DNA of 64,000 nucleotides, taken from positions 1,148 through 65,147 of the forward strand of contig CAZPQN010000010.1 of NCBI GenBank assembly GCA_964588795.1, given 5' to 3'. The notes under the pieces are model-generated. The model was not told the origin of the DNA. It saw only the letters and a list, made by a program, of their open reading frames with translations, and ran no database searches. The DNA comes from an uncultured bacterium (lineage in GTDB: Bacteria; Fidelibacterota; UBA2242). A program made the position numbers and the translations under genes. Below, one piece after another: positions 36,706 through 46,217 of this stretch; within the stretch, counting starts at the first letter, position 1; the number at the start of each line of letters is the position of its first letter.

Positions 36706-38410
36706 TCATTTGGTCAATTAAAGCTTCCTGGTGTTTGAATTTTTCGTCGCCCATATCAAGGTAATTCCAGTCAATAAAGGTCTGGCGCAACTTGTTAAAG
36801 AACGCCCGGGCGTCGGGTTTGTCGGCGAGCGCAAATTTCGTCATCAAGATGCGGTGCACCTTGCGAAAGGCATATTTTTGCCGCTCCGGATTGCTGGCCC
36901 CGTCAACGTGGTCGAACGAATTCTGTTGCAGGTAAACGGCGTCCAGGAACTCGGCCTTCAGATAAGTCTGGAAATCGTCTAACGAGGTGCCTTCCTCTCC
37001 GACGACCAACATCATCTGGTGGATCTCATGCCCCTTGAAGAGAATCTCCCGCGCCTCTTCGATTTGCCGGGCGTCAATGAAACTCGCATACTTCGACCAG
37101 CTTTCGAGGGGATGAATTGAAGGAAAGCGGCGCGCGTTGGCCCGATCGCGGGACAGTCCGTGAAAAGCACCCACTACTTTTAAAGTAGACTGAGTCACCG
37201 GCTCCTCAAAGTTGCCACCCGCCGGGCTGACGGTTCCGCCGATAGTCAGACTGCCGGTTTGTCCATCCAAAAGTTCGACAATGCCGGCCCGCTCATAGAA
37301 TTGGGCGATGCGCGATTCCAGATAGGCGGGGAATGCTTCTTCACCCGGAATCTCCTCTAATCGTCCGGACAACTCCCGCATGGCCTGCGCCCAGCGCGAG
37401 GTGGAATCGGCCAGGAGCAGAACGTTAAGTCCCATCTGGCGGTAATATTCGCCCAAGGTCGCCGCCGTGTACACCGAGGCTTCGCGGGCCGCGACCGGCA
37501 TTGAGCTGGTATTGCAGATAATGATTGTTCGATCCATTAAAGATTTGCCGGTACGCGGGTCGGTCAGCTCGGGGAACTCCCGCAGAGTTTCCACAACCTC
37601 GCCGGCTCGTTCACCACAGGCGGCGATGATCACGACATCGGCTTCGGCAAAGCGACTCGTGACCTGTTGTAAGACCGTTTTACCGGCGCCGAACGGGCCC
37701 GGAATGCAATAGGTGCCCCCGCGAGCGATAGGGAAAAAGGTATCGATGATGCGGGTTTGCGTGATGAGAGGCTGACGGGGAACCAGTTTTTCCCGATAAA
37801 TGCTGATGGGCAGTTTGACCGGCCAATCGAAACACATTTGCAGGTCAAACTGCTGGCCCTTTTCATCCAGGACAGAGGCGATTTTTTCCCGTACCGTGTA
37901 GTTGCCTGCGGCGGCGATTGCCTGTACGGTATATTCACCGTTCAGATAGAAAGGCACAAATATCTTATGTTCGAAAATACCTTCACTGACCGTGCCCAGT
38001 GTAAAACCGGCGTGGACAATATCCCCGACCTTGGCGCGGGGAGTGAAGTTCCATTTTTTCTGGGAATCCAGAGCTTCAATGGCCACGCCCCGTTTCAGGA
38101 AAAAACCATGCGCCGCGGCTAATTTGTGCAAAGGGTTCTGCAGTCCATCATAAACCATACCCAGCAGACCTGGCCCTAACTGAACGGAAAGCAGGTGTCC
38201 GGTAAATTCGACTTTGTCGCCGACTTTCAAGCCCTTGGTGCTTTCAAAAACCTGCATGAAGGCCAGGTTGCCGCGGATACGAATGACCTCCGCCTTCAGT
38301 TGCTCCTCACCGGTAATTGCATAGCCGACCTCATTCTGCATAATATCACTCTCGCAGGCGACCGTAAGCATATTACCGTTGATGCCGATGATTTTGCCGT
38401 CTTTTTTCAT
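36668..38410 (-). CDS. ntpA: V/A-type ATPase catalytic subunit A
   Basis: 580 aa, Walker A '[12 protein letters not shown]', with the non-homologous insert typical of A subunits. Confidence 0.9.
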   Translation of the reverse strand: MKKDGKIIGINGNMLTVACESDIMQNEVGYAITGEEQLKAEVIRIRGNLAFMQVFESTKGLKVGDKVEFTGHLLSVQLGPGLLGMVYDGLQNPLHKLAAAHGFFLKRGVAIEALDSQKKWNFTPRAKVGDIVHAGFTLGTVSEGIFEHKIFVPFYLNGEYTVQAIAAAGNYTVREKIASVLDEKGQQFDLQMCFDWPVKLPISIYREKLVPRQPLITQTRIIDTFFPIARGGTYCIPGPFGAGKTVLQQVTSRFAEADVVIIAACGERAGEVVETLREFPELTDPRTGKSLMDRTIIICNTSSMPVAAREASVYTAATLGEYYRQMGLNVLLLADSTSRWAQAMRELSGRLEEIPGEEAFPAYLESRIAQFYERAGIVELLDGQTGSLTIGGTVSPAGGNFEEPVTQSTLKVVGAFHGLSRDRANARRFPSIHPLESWSKYASFIDARQIEEAREILFKGHEIHQMMLVVGEEGTSLDDFQTYLKAEFLDAVYLQQNSFDHVDGASNPERQKYAFRKVHRILMTKFALADKPDARAFFNKLRQTFIDWNYLDMGDEKFKHQEALIDQMIEGQTQNAKSLQ

Positions 38411-38913
38411 AAACTCGTTTCTGTGTATTGTTGATACTTTTGCATGCCGGTGGGTTTGTTAAAAGTGAACAGCCGGCGCAGGATCTGCAATTTGAGACAA
38501 TAAATCAGCAGGAAACCGAAGTCAAAATGATGTCCGGGTTCGGCTTCCTCCAAATATTGCCAGCGCCAGTACAGCAGATTTTTTTCAACCGTCAGGGGAT
38601 CGCCTTCCTTGACCAGAGCGGTCGGGAGGCAGGTCAGTTTGAAATCCTGATTGCGGCGCCGGGCGGCCCGCCATTCGGCCAGCTCTGATCGCAATTCCCC
38701 TTCAAACCTTTTGTACTGACGAATGAGTGCCGGGTCGCCGGATTGGACGGTGGTCTCGCTTAGATCCACACGCGTGAGCAATTCATAAGCGGCGGGTGAC
38801 AGCCACTTGCGCGCTTCTTCCAAAAATTGGGATTCGGTGATAAGTGGTTCACGCTCAAAATACAGCGTCGGAAGTTGCGCAATCAGATAAAAATATTTAT
38901 CCATTGTGGTCAA
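38407..38913 (-). CDS. DUF2764-family protein embedded in the V-ATPase operon
   Basis: Lies between the E and A genes, as in the Bacteroidota-type V-ATPase operon. 168 aa, 'MDKYFYLIAQLPTLYF'. Confidence 0.5.
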   Translation of the reverse strand: MTTMDKYFYLIAQLPTLYFEREPLITESQFLEEARKWLSPAAYELLTRVDLSETTVQSGDPALIRQYKRFEGELRSELAEWRAARRRNQDFKLTCLPTALVKEGDPLTVEKNLLYWRWQYLEEAEPGHHFDFGFLLIYCLKLQILRRLFTFNKPTGMQKYQQYTETSL

Positions 38914-39499
38914 GGATAGATCTAAGTCCCGGGTTCAGGAATTCCTTAAGTAAGTCCGCAATGCTCTGATCGGTGAAATCGTAGCAGACATCGGTGCCTT
39001 TCCGGCTGACCCGAAAGCCGCTGGCCAGACCACGCTCAACCCTGAAGGCGACCGGTTCTCGCAGGCTGTCGCGCGTGGCTTTCAGCAGGAAGTCCTGCAA
39101 TTTGGCGGCATCTTTCTCGGAGAGTGAGAACTGCAGCTCGCCCCCCGCGTTTGCTTTAATTACCGTGAGGATCAGCTCTTTCAGAAAGTCAGGGGTCAGA
39201 GTCTGGGCGATCTCTTTCTTTAAAACACGGTCTAATAACTTCTGCAGTTGCTCTTTGGTGGTCAGGACAGTGTCCCGCGCCGCCTGCCGGATAGCGGTTT
39301 CGGCATTGGTCTGCAGACGAGTGGCGGCTTGCCGGGCGTCCTCGATGATTTTCTGGGCTTCCTGTTGGGCAGTAGCGACAATTTCCGTCGCATTAGATTC
39401 GGCTTTTTTTACAATTTCGTCCGCCGCGCGTTGACCTGCGGCGATGCCATCCTGTTTTAATTTCTCGATCAGGTTGTCGAGTTTTATTTCCATAACCAC
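38897..39499 (-). CDS. ntpE: V/A-type ATPase subunit E
   Basis: 200 aa with a long N-terminal helix (Ala/Gln/Glu-rich) and a globular C-terminal domain. First gene of the operon. Confidence 0.7.
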   Translation of the reverse strand: MVMEIKLDNLIEKLKQDGIAAGQRAADEIVKKAESNATEIVATAQQEAQKIIEDARQAATRLQTNAETAIRQAARDTVLTTKEQLQKLLDRVLKKEIAQTLTPDFLKELILTVIKANAGGELQFSLSEKDAAKLQDFLLKATRDSLREPVAFRVERGLASGFRVSRKGTDVCYDFTDQSIADLLKEFLNPGLRSILDHNG

Positions 39500-39728
39500 T
39501 CCTCATAGCTTAAAAGCTTCTCATTTCTGCCTGCACCGCCAGTCGGCGCAGTCAAACAGTCTCTCCCGTCTGTGGAGAACTGCATAGCTGGATTCAGGGT
39601 TAGCGGTGCTCGGTTATTCATTGATTCACGACCGGTGAATTTAAGAGGTTTAGGTTGGATTATCAAGCGCCCTTTAACCGGCAAATACGATTAAAACCGT
39701 CGAGGATTTTAGCTACTACTGGCACTAA

Positions 39729-40418
39729 TCACAAGTACCATTTGATCCCGACGGTCGGCAGGACAAAAAGCCTGTCGGTTGCGAAAACTTGGCGGCGACT
39801 CCAGGCGCCGTTGAAATTCCATGCCACCTCAATCTCGCCGCCCATCAGGCAGTGTGCGTTGATCTTGTACCAGAACTGCGGCTCAGCCTGAACCACAATT
39901 TTCCGGGCGGGAAAAGCATCCCGGCTGGTGTTCCAGATGTCAAGGTAACCACTGATTTCGTATTTTTTACGATCAATCAGCCAGACGGAAGTAATTTGCC
40001 AGGTCAGTCCGCGAGTATTCATTTCCCGGCGCAGGAGGCAGTCCACCGGCCAATCGATTTTGCCGCATTTGAACCCGTACTGCAGGCCACCTAACCATAC
40101 CGGATTGAACGATCCGGCATTGGTCAGGCCGTCGTTATACTGGAGGGTCAGAGCGCAGCGCGGCAGGCGCCGGAGGGTGACGTACCGGGCGATTTCTCCA
40201 TAAGCCCCGGAGACGTTCCTGACCTTGTCCGGGAGCCGCTGATTGTAATCAAAATCAATGAATCCAAAGGTGGCGCCCCAGGCGTCGGTTTTGTATATTT
40301 CCAGCGTCGAGGTCAGATGGCGGCGCAATAAATCATAATGCAGTTGCAGATTCTGACCCAACCCCAGCCCAAACATGACTGCGAGCAGGGTCAGTCCCCG
40401 TACCAACGGCAAGGTCAT
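39729..40418 (-). CDS. DUF5020-family small outer-membrane beta-barrel protein
   Basis: Signal peptide. 'QNLQLHYDL...TDAWGATFGFIDFDY...EPQFWYKIN' matches the DUF5020 pattern. Alternating amphipathic strands. Confidence 0.5.
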   Translation of the reverse strand: MTLPLVRGLTLLAVMFGLGLGQNLQLHYDLLRRHLTSTLEIYKTDAWGATFGFIDFDYNQRLPDKVRNVSGAYGEIARYVTLRRLPRCALTLQYNDGLTNAGSFNPVWLGGLQYGFKCGKIDWPVDCLLRREMNTRGLTWQITSVWLIDRKKYEISGYLDIWNTSRDAFPARKIVVQAEPQFWYKINAHCLMGGEIEVAWNFNGAWSRRQVFATDRLFVLPTVGIKWYL

Positions 40419-40852
40419 TCTCCCGGGGTGTTCAACTTATAGAACTTGATCATTTCACTGCGCAGAAATTCGATTTTCTTTTCCAGATTGACAATCATGC
40501 GGAATATCAGGCCCAGAATCAGGAAAAGCAGGCCGACCAGCAACGCTAAAGCAATGCCCTCGGCTTTCAACTCGCTCCCGCCGAAAATATCCGGACGTAC
40601 TCCCAGGCCGATAAAAGTACCGAGCCCGGTTACAACCGCGAAAACACTCATGACGGTCGTACTCATAGCGGCGAGGTTCTCGGTCTGTCCGTTGAAAAAT
40701 ATTATGAACCATGCACAGAGCCCGATCAACAAGCCAATCGCCCCGTAATAAAACGAGCCGAACAGAAGCGCTACGCAAAAAATTAGAATTGCCAAACCTA
40801 AAATGCCATGTCCAATGAGAATACGATTATTCGATGCCATGTTATGCTCCAC
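40415..40852 (-). CDS. Small integral membrane protein (3-4 TM), unknown function
   Basis: The hydrophobic helices are only inferred. Translationally coupled to both flanking genes. Confidence 0.4.
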   Translation of the reverse strand: MEHNMASNNRILIGHGILGLAILIFCVALLFGSFYYGAIGLLIGLCAWFIIFFNGQTENLAAMSTTVMSVFAVVTGLGTFIGLGVRPDIFGGSELKAEGIALALLVGLLFLILGLIFRMIVNLEKKIEFLRSEMIKFYKLNTPGE

Positions 40853-40853
40853 C

Positions 40854-42347
40854 TTATTTTTCGGTCAGTACCCGAATACGGTTTTCGATCTGGCTATTGA
40901 TGGTCTTTTCTTTTTCGACTGCGGCGATTAAGATATCCCGCCCGACAATCCCGGTAGATTTGATCCTGACCTCCGTCAAGTTGAAACCGAAGAAGCGTTC
41001 GAATTGACCGACCACGAAGTTGTTCGTTGCCAGAGTGTACGACTTTTCGGGATTGAGGGGCTGTCCCAGGACAGTCACTTCGCGCAATCGCAGAGGATTT
41101 TTCTGGTAAGCGTACTGTATGCCGGAAACCTGCAGGAAATCACGGGGATTACGCAGACGGTATTCGAGCATCTGCCAGAGCTGGGCTCCACTCAAAGTAA
41201 TCAGGTCAATGGTGTTGTCGAAGGGCGATATTTCCCAGATGTCACGTACCCGGATCGGTCCGGCCTTCAGCCCTTTGCGAATCCCGCCGCTGTTCATGAA
41301 GGCAAGGTCCGCGTTGAAATAGCTCCGCGTGGCATCGCAAATCCAGTTGCCGATGTTGGACTCGCCGTCACTGTTCCGTGTCCAATCGGAGATCAGCTGA
41401 CCAATGACCCGGTTCATGGTAGGGGCAATGGTCGCCTCGAGCGAGTCCACGATCTGCCGCACGCGTGTATTCGGGCTGATCTTATTCACGCTGGTTTCGA
41501 GCAGCTGATATTCAAAGCTGTTGATTTTTTTCAGGGGAGAGTCTACCTGCGCTTTGAGATAACCCAGGGAACGCCCGTTGGCTCCAGCCTGACAGATCAG
41601 GATATTGTTGACGACTTTTGGCTGGCGGAGCACGGAGTGAGAATGGCCCCCGATAATGACATCGGCTTCGCTCAATTGCAAAGCGAGCAGGGAGTCCTCG
41701 TCAAAGCCGCTGTGACTAAGAATGACGATGAGGTCGGCTTGCGGATTGACTTCCCGGATACATTTCCGGAGTTGGGTCAGCGACGGCAGGACACCGATGC
41801 CGCGGACGTTTTCCGGCAGGCAACTGCTTTTCATGTCGTCACCAGCCACTCCGATGATAGCGATAGTCAGTTCACCGGCGCGTTTCAGGATATATGGCTT
41901 GGCCAGCAGGGCTTGCCGGCTGGAATCGTAAAGGTTGCAGGAGACAATCTCAAAATTTGCCCGGGACAGACATTTTTTTAGGTTGTCTACTCCGTAATCG
42001 AATTCGTGATTGCCGATCGTGAAGGCGGTTGGGCGGATCTGATTGAGGATAATAATTTGTGACCAGCCGCGGGTCAGGCTGGAAAGCGGCGAGCCCTGGA
42101 AATCATCACCAGCATTCAGGCTGATGGCCTGCGGATGTAGCCTGCGCAATGAGTCGAGATAACCGGCCAGGGTCGCCGAGCCTCCCACCCAGCCTTCGCC
42201 ACGCCCATAGCTGGGCTGGAAAGACAGATTGGCGCTGTGAAAATCATTCCAGTGCAGAATAACGGCTTCTTTTTGAGCCGAGCTCTCCCCCGGCCAGCCG
42301 AGGTAAATGAACAAGATAACCCAAACCCAATGTTTTTTGCATTTCAT
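40854..42347 (-). CDS. Exported bifunctional metallophosphatase / 5'-nucleotidase (UshA-like)
   Basis: Signal peptide, the 'ILHWNDFHS' and 'GNHEFDYG' calcineurin-like motifs, and a 5'-nucleotidase C-terminal domain. Confidence 0.8.
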   Translation of the reverse strand: MKCKKHWVWVILFIYLGWPGESSAQKEAVILHWNDFHSANLSFQPSYGRGEGWVGGSATLAGYLDSLRRLHPQAISLNAGDDFQGSPLSSLTRGWSQIIILNQIRPTAFTIGNHEFDYGVDNLKKCLSRANFEIVSCNLYDSSRQALLAKPYILKRAGELTIAIIGVAGDDMKSSCLPENVRGIGVLPSLTQLRKCIREVNPQADLIVILSHSGFDEDSLLALQLSEADVIIGGHSHSVLRQPKVVNNILICQAGANGRSLGYLKAQVDSPLKKINSFEYQLLETSVNKISPNTRVRQIVDSLEATIAPTMNRVIGQLISDWTRNSDGESNIGNWICDATRSYFNADLAFMNSGGIRKGLKAGPIRVRDIWEISPFDNTIDLITLSGAQLWQMLEYRLRNPRDFLQVSGIQYAYQKNPLRLREVTVLGQPLNPEKSYTLATNNFVVGQFERFFGFNLTEVRIKSTGIVGRDILIAAVEKEKTINSQIENRIRVLTEK

Positions 42348-42454
42348 GCGTTTACCGCCCCGAATATTGCTTTCAATTTATGACCGAATTTCATTATATT
42401 GACGAGAAAATACAAGATTTTTAGCTTGAATAAAATGCGGAAAGGCCAAATGGA

Positions 42455-43447
42455 TTGAAGGTAAAAATCGGTGTGATCGGAGCCGGGCACTTCGGTCGTT
42501 ATCATATAATGAAACTACTGACCCTACCCGAAGCTGATCTGGTGGGGTTTTTCGATATTGACCAAGGTCGTTCGGAGCAGATCGCCCGGGAGCTCAAGGT
42601 TAGGGCTTTCTCTTGCTCCGAGGAACTCCTGGCCCAGTGCTCCGCCGTCTCGGTGGTAGTGCCGACCGCCGCCCATTTCCCGGTCGTCCGCGATGTTATT
42701 CGGCATCGCCGCCATGTGTTTTGCGAAAAGCCGTTTATGCTGACGACTCGTCAGGCAGATGCCATCGTGCAATTGGCACGCTCGAGTAAAATCACCCTTC
42801 AGGTAGGCCACATTGAACGGTTCAATCCAGCCTTCACGAGTCTGCGAGCAGAAGCTGTTAATCCCCGGTTCATCGAAGCGCACCGGGTGGCTCCTTTCGG
42901 TGCTCGCGGGACTGATGTGTCAGTGATCTTGGAACTGATGATTCACGATATTGATCTCGTTTTGAATTTGGTAAAGGCTCCGATACGCCAGGTGGAGGCA
43001 GTCGGGGCCAATATCCTGACCCAGAATATTGACCTGGCCAACGCCCGTTTAAAATTTGCCAATGGTTGCATAGCCAACCTTACTGCCAGCCGGGTGGCGA
43101 CCAAGAGCGTGCGTCGCCTGCGTATCTTTCAACCGGAAGCTTGTTACAACCTGGATTTTCTAATGAAAAAAACAGAGCTGGTCAGGTTGGTTGATGATCC
43201 GGAGAGTTCCTCTATCCATCCGGCGCAGCAAAACCATTACCGTGAAGAACAATGGTTCCGCGGTCTGGTACGGCAGGAGCTTGCGGCTGAACCGGTCGAT
43301 GCCCTGCGGGAGGAACTGCGCAACTTCATCAGCTCCGTCCAGGGGCGCCATGTTGCCACCGTCAGCGGTGAAGATGGGCGTCAGGCTTTGGCAGTTGCCA
43401 ATCGTATTGAAAAACAAATCCTCGCCAAACTAAAAAGAGTAAACTAA
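42455..43447 (+). CDS. Gfo/Idh/MocA-family NAD(P)-dependent oxidoreductase (GnnA-like candidate)
   Basis: 'KIGVIGAGHFGRYH' Rossmann N-terminus and a Gfo/Idh/MocA C-terminal domain. First gene of a four-gene operon with lpxB and lpxK. Confidence 0.75.
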   Translation: MKVKIGVIGAGHFGRYHIMKLLTLPEADLVGFFDIDQGRSEQIARELKVRAFSCSEELLAQCSAVSVVVPTAAHFPVVRDVIRHRRHVFCEKPFMLTTRQADAIVQLARSSKITLQVGHIERFNPAFTSLRAEAVNPRFIEAHRVAPFGARGTDVSVILELMIHDIDLVLNLVKAPIRQVEAVGANILTQNIDLANARLKFANGCIANLTASRVATKSVRRLRIFQPEACYNLDFLMKKTELVRLVDDPESSSIHPAQQNHYREEQWFRGLVRQELAAEPVDALREELRNFISSVQGRHVATVSGEDGRQALAVANRIEKQILAKLKRVN

Positions 43448-44031
43448 TGGACATCAGAAACCTGTTATTCAAAGCTCGTGGTTTTACCCCTCTGCCCATC
43501 GTTTTGATCATCATTTATCAGGCGCAGCCGCATTGGTTAGGCGCCCTAATCGGGCTGACGATGGCGTTGAGTGGGGAAATTATCCGCCTGCAGGGAGTCC
43601 GGGCGGCCGGCGGACGCACGCGAACGCGCCAGGTCGGCGCTAAGGAACTGTGCACCTGGGGTTTATTTGCGCATGTCCGTAATCCGCTCTATATCGGCAA
43701 TGCCCTGATTTATTTTGGTCTGGTAGTGTTTGCCGGCGGGCGTTGGTTTTTACCCTTGATGCTGGTGGCGTTGGTCTATTTTGTTTTTCAATACGGAATG
43801 ATCATTTCTTTAGAAGAAGAAACACTGACCCGTTTATTCGGGGCACAGTATGAGGAATATAAAGCTCATGTCCCGCGACTGTGGCCCCGGCTAAAGCCCT
43901 GGGCGAAATCCGATGAACCGCATTTTCTGTCCTGGGGCAAGGTATTCCACACAGAAAAATCCACCCTGCTGACTTTCGGATTCTTTATCCTGGCAATCCT
44001 CATCAAGGTGCTGATCCTGCATGCCCGGTAA
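43447..44031 (+). CDS. ICMT/Ste14-family membrane methyltransferase (LmtA-like candidate)
   Basis: 'RNPLYIGNALIYFGL' and 'EEETLTRLFGAQYEEYKAHVPRLWPR' ICMT motifs in a multi-TM protein. Overlaps both flanking genes. Confidence 0.7.
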   Translation: MDIRNLLFKARGFTPLPIVLIIIYQAQPHWLGALIGLTMALSGEIIRLQGVRAAGGRTRTRQVGAKELCTWGLFAHVRNPLYIGNALIYFGLVVFAGGRWFLPLMLVALVYFVFQYGMIISLEEETLTRLFGAQYEEYKAHVPRLWPRLKPWAKSDEPHFLSWGKVFHTEKSTLLTFGFFILAILIKVLILHAR

Positions 44032-45151
44032 AAGAATATTTCTATCTGCCGGGGAACTATCCGGCGACATCCATGGCGGCCACCTCATCCGCGCTTTACG
44101 GGCGGAACGTGACGATCTGGAGTTCGCGGCTATCGGTGGCGACAATATGCACCACGCCGGAGCGCGTTTGATTTTCCATATCCGGGACACGTCGTTCATG
44201 GGTCTCACTGAAGTACTCAAACATCTGCCTTTTCTCCGGCGCATGTGGCGCCAGACGTTGCGTTTTATTGAAGAATACCGACCGCAGCTCGTCATATTGA
44301 TTGACTATCCCGGGTTTAATCTCAGACTGGCGCGGGCACTAACCCAGCGGGGAATTCCGGTCGTGTATTATATTTGTCCCAAAGTCTGGGCCTGGCATCA
44401 GGCACGGGTGCGGCAATTACAGCACTACACCAAGGAAGTAATTTGTATTTTGCCGTTCGAAGTTCCCTGGCTCAGGAAGCGACATGTACACGCTACATAT
44501 GTCGGGAATCCGCTATTGGACCAGCCGGTTTTTCAAACCGGATACGTTCCGCCGCGTCTTGCCCTGGCCAAGGCCGGTCAGCCGCTGGTAGGGTTATTCC
44601 CCGGCAGTCGTCCGGAAGAAGTCGAGCGCCATATCAACCTTTTGGTACACTGCGTCGACAGACTGCGAGCCGATTTTCCTGAACTGCAGGCCGTTGTCGC
44701 GGTGGCGCCGGGAATTGCAGCTGTACACCTGCAGAAACGGTTTCCGCAGGCCTGGCTGACCTGGCTGGAGGGTAGTAATTACGCCATCATGGCCAACGCC
44801 GACGTACTGATCATGGCTTCGGGAACCGCTACCCTGGAAGCCACTTTGATAGGCACGCCATATGTCGTGATTTATCGGGTGGCATTTCTCACCTATCTCC
44901 TCGGACGAGTGCTCATTAAAGTGCGCTTCATCAGCCTGGCCAATTTAGTGGCGGGCTATGCCGGCGTGGCGGAGTTGATTCAGCAATCGGCTACTGTCGA
45001 AAATATCACTCGCGAAACCCGAAAAATCCTCCGAAACAAATCCTATAACCAGTCCCTGCGCCATTTCCTGCACGACATCCAGAGACAGATGGGTAAAAGC
45101 GGGGCTTCCGCGCGCGCCGCCCGCATTGCCCTGCGGTACCTGAAGGACTAA
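44021..45151 (+). CDS. lpxB: Lipid-A-disaccharide synthase
   Basis: 'RIFLSAGELSGDIHGGHLIRAL' LpxB N-terminus, GT-B fold, 376 aa. Confidence 0.85.
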   Translation: MPGKRIFLSAGELSGDIHGGHLIRALRAERDDLEFAAIGGDNMHHAGARLIFHIRDTSFMGLTEVLKHLPFLRRMWRQTLRFIEEYRPQLVILIDYPGFNLRLARALTQRGIPVVYYICPKVWAWHQARVRQLQHYTKEVICILPFEVPWLRKRHVHATYVGNPLLDQPVFQTGYVPPRLALAKAGQPLVGLFPGSRPEEVERHINLLVHCVDRLRADFPELQAVVAVAPGIAAVHLQKRFPQAWLTWLEGSNYAIMANADVLIMASGTATLEATLIGTPYVVIYRVAFLTYLLGRVLIKVRFISLANLVAGYAGVAELIQQSATVENITRETRKILRNKSYNQSLRHFLHDIQRQMGKSGASARAARIALRYLKD

Positions 45152-45152
45152 G

Positions 45153-46217
45153 GTGGCCATGCCAACCAGACCCCTGACAGTCTTGCAGTTATTACTCTAT
45201 CCGCTGGCGGGGATTTATCTGCTGCTTGTCAGGCTACGCAACTTTCTTTTCGACCGAGGCTGGTTACCCATTCCCGCGATAGATGTTCCGGTCATCGCGG
45301 TTGGCAATATTACCCTTGGAGGAACAGGCAAAACGCCGTTTGTCATCGCTTTGAGTAATGCTTTTGGAAAGCGAGGCTTTCGGGTGGGCGTGCTGAGTCG
45401 GGGTTATCGGCGGAAGTCGCGGGGACTGGTGGTCGTCTCCGACGGCAGGAATGTATTTCCGAATGCTCGTGCGACGGGCGACGAACCGTTGCTGATTGCC
45501 CGGAGTGCTCCCGGCGTGGTCGTGATTGCCGACCGGAACCGCGTACGCGCCGCACAGACCGCGGTCGCCCGTTATGGATGCAACCTTTTAATCGCCGATG
45601 ATGCTTTTCAGCATCGTCGTCTGTCACGAACGCTGAACATTGTACTGTGGGATACTGAAAACAATCCGGAAAGCGCGCATATCCTGCCGGTTGGCAGACT
45701 GCGTGAACCATTGACCGGAATGAAAAGAGCCGACTTTCTGATCTTCACCCGTTCGGATGTAATGCCTGTCGAGCAAAGACTCTTTTTCGAGCGCTATCAT
45801 CCCGGGCTAAGGTTTTTTAATGTACCGCTGGTTATGGATTCGGTCATTGAGACCGCAACCGGACTCGATGTCGCCGGTGCACTTGCCGGCCAACCGATGC
45901 TTGCTTTTTGCGGATTAGGGAATCCCCGGCAATTCTTTCGCCTGCTTGAGCAACTGGCGCCGGCAAAATTGCATACTATAGTTTTTCCCGATCACCATCG
46001 TTACGACCACCGTGATATAGATCGGATAAAGTCCGCGGCGCGCCGTGGTGGGGCGGCCTATATCGCAACAACCGCCAAAGACGCCATCAATTTGCCCCCT
46101 CACTTAGCTCCATCTAACTTGATAGTCATCAATATTCGGATGGCCTTGCCACCCACGCTGGAATCGGCCATCGGCGCTATTATTCAGGCCGAGTCGGATT
46201 CACCTGCCGCCGGATGA
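45153..46217 (+). CDS. lpxK: Tetraacyldisaccharide 4'-kinase
   Basis: 'VIAVGNITLGGTGKTPFVIAL' P-loop typical of LpxK. Confidence 0.85.
   Translation: MAMPTRPLTVLQLLLYPLAGIYLLLVRLRNFLFDRGWLPIPAIDVPVIAVGNITLGGTGKTPFVIALSNAFGKRGFRVGVLSRGYRRKSRGLVVVSDGRNVFPNARATGDEPLLIARSAPGVVVIADRNRVRAAQTAVARYGCNLLIADDAFQHRRLSRTLNIVLWDTENNPESAHILPVGRLREPLTGMKRADFLIFTRSDVMPVEQRLFFERYHPGLRFFNVPLVMDSVIETATGLDVAGALAGQPMLAFCGLGNPRQFFRLLEQLAPAKLHTIVFPDHHRYDHRDIDRIKSAARRGGAAYIATTAKDAINLPPHLAPSNLIVINIRMALPPTLESAIGAIIQAESDSPAAG

Noticed and set aside
39500-39728. Inverted repeat TTCACgaccgGTGAA upstream of the V-ATPase operon as an operator
   Set aside because: Only 5-bp arms, and no knowledge of a cognate regulator. 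Insufficient evidence.
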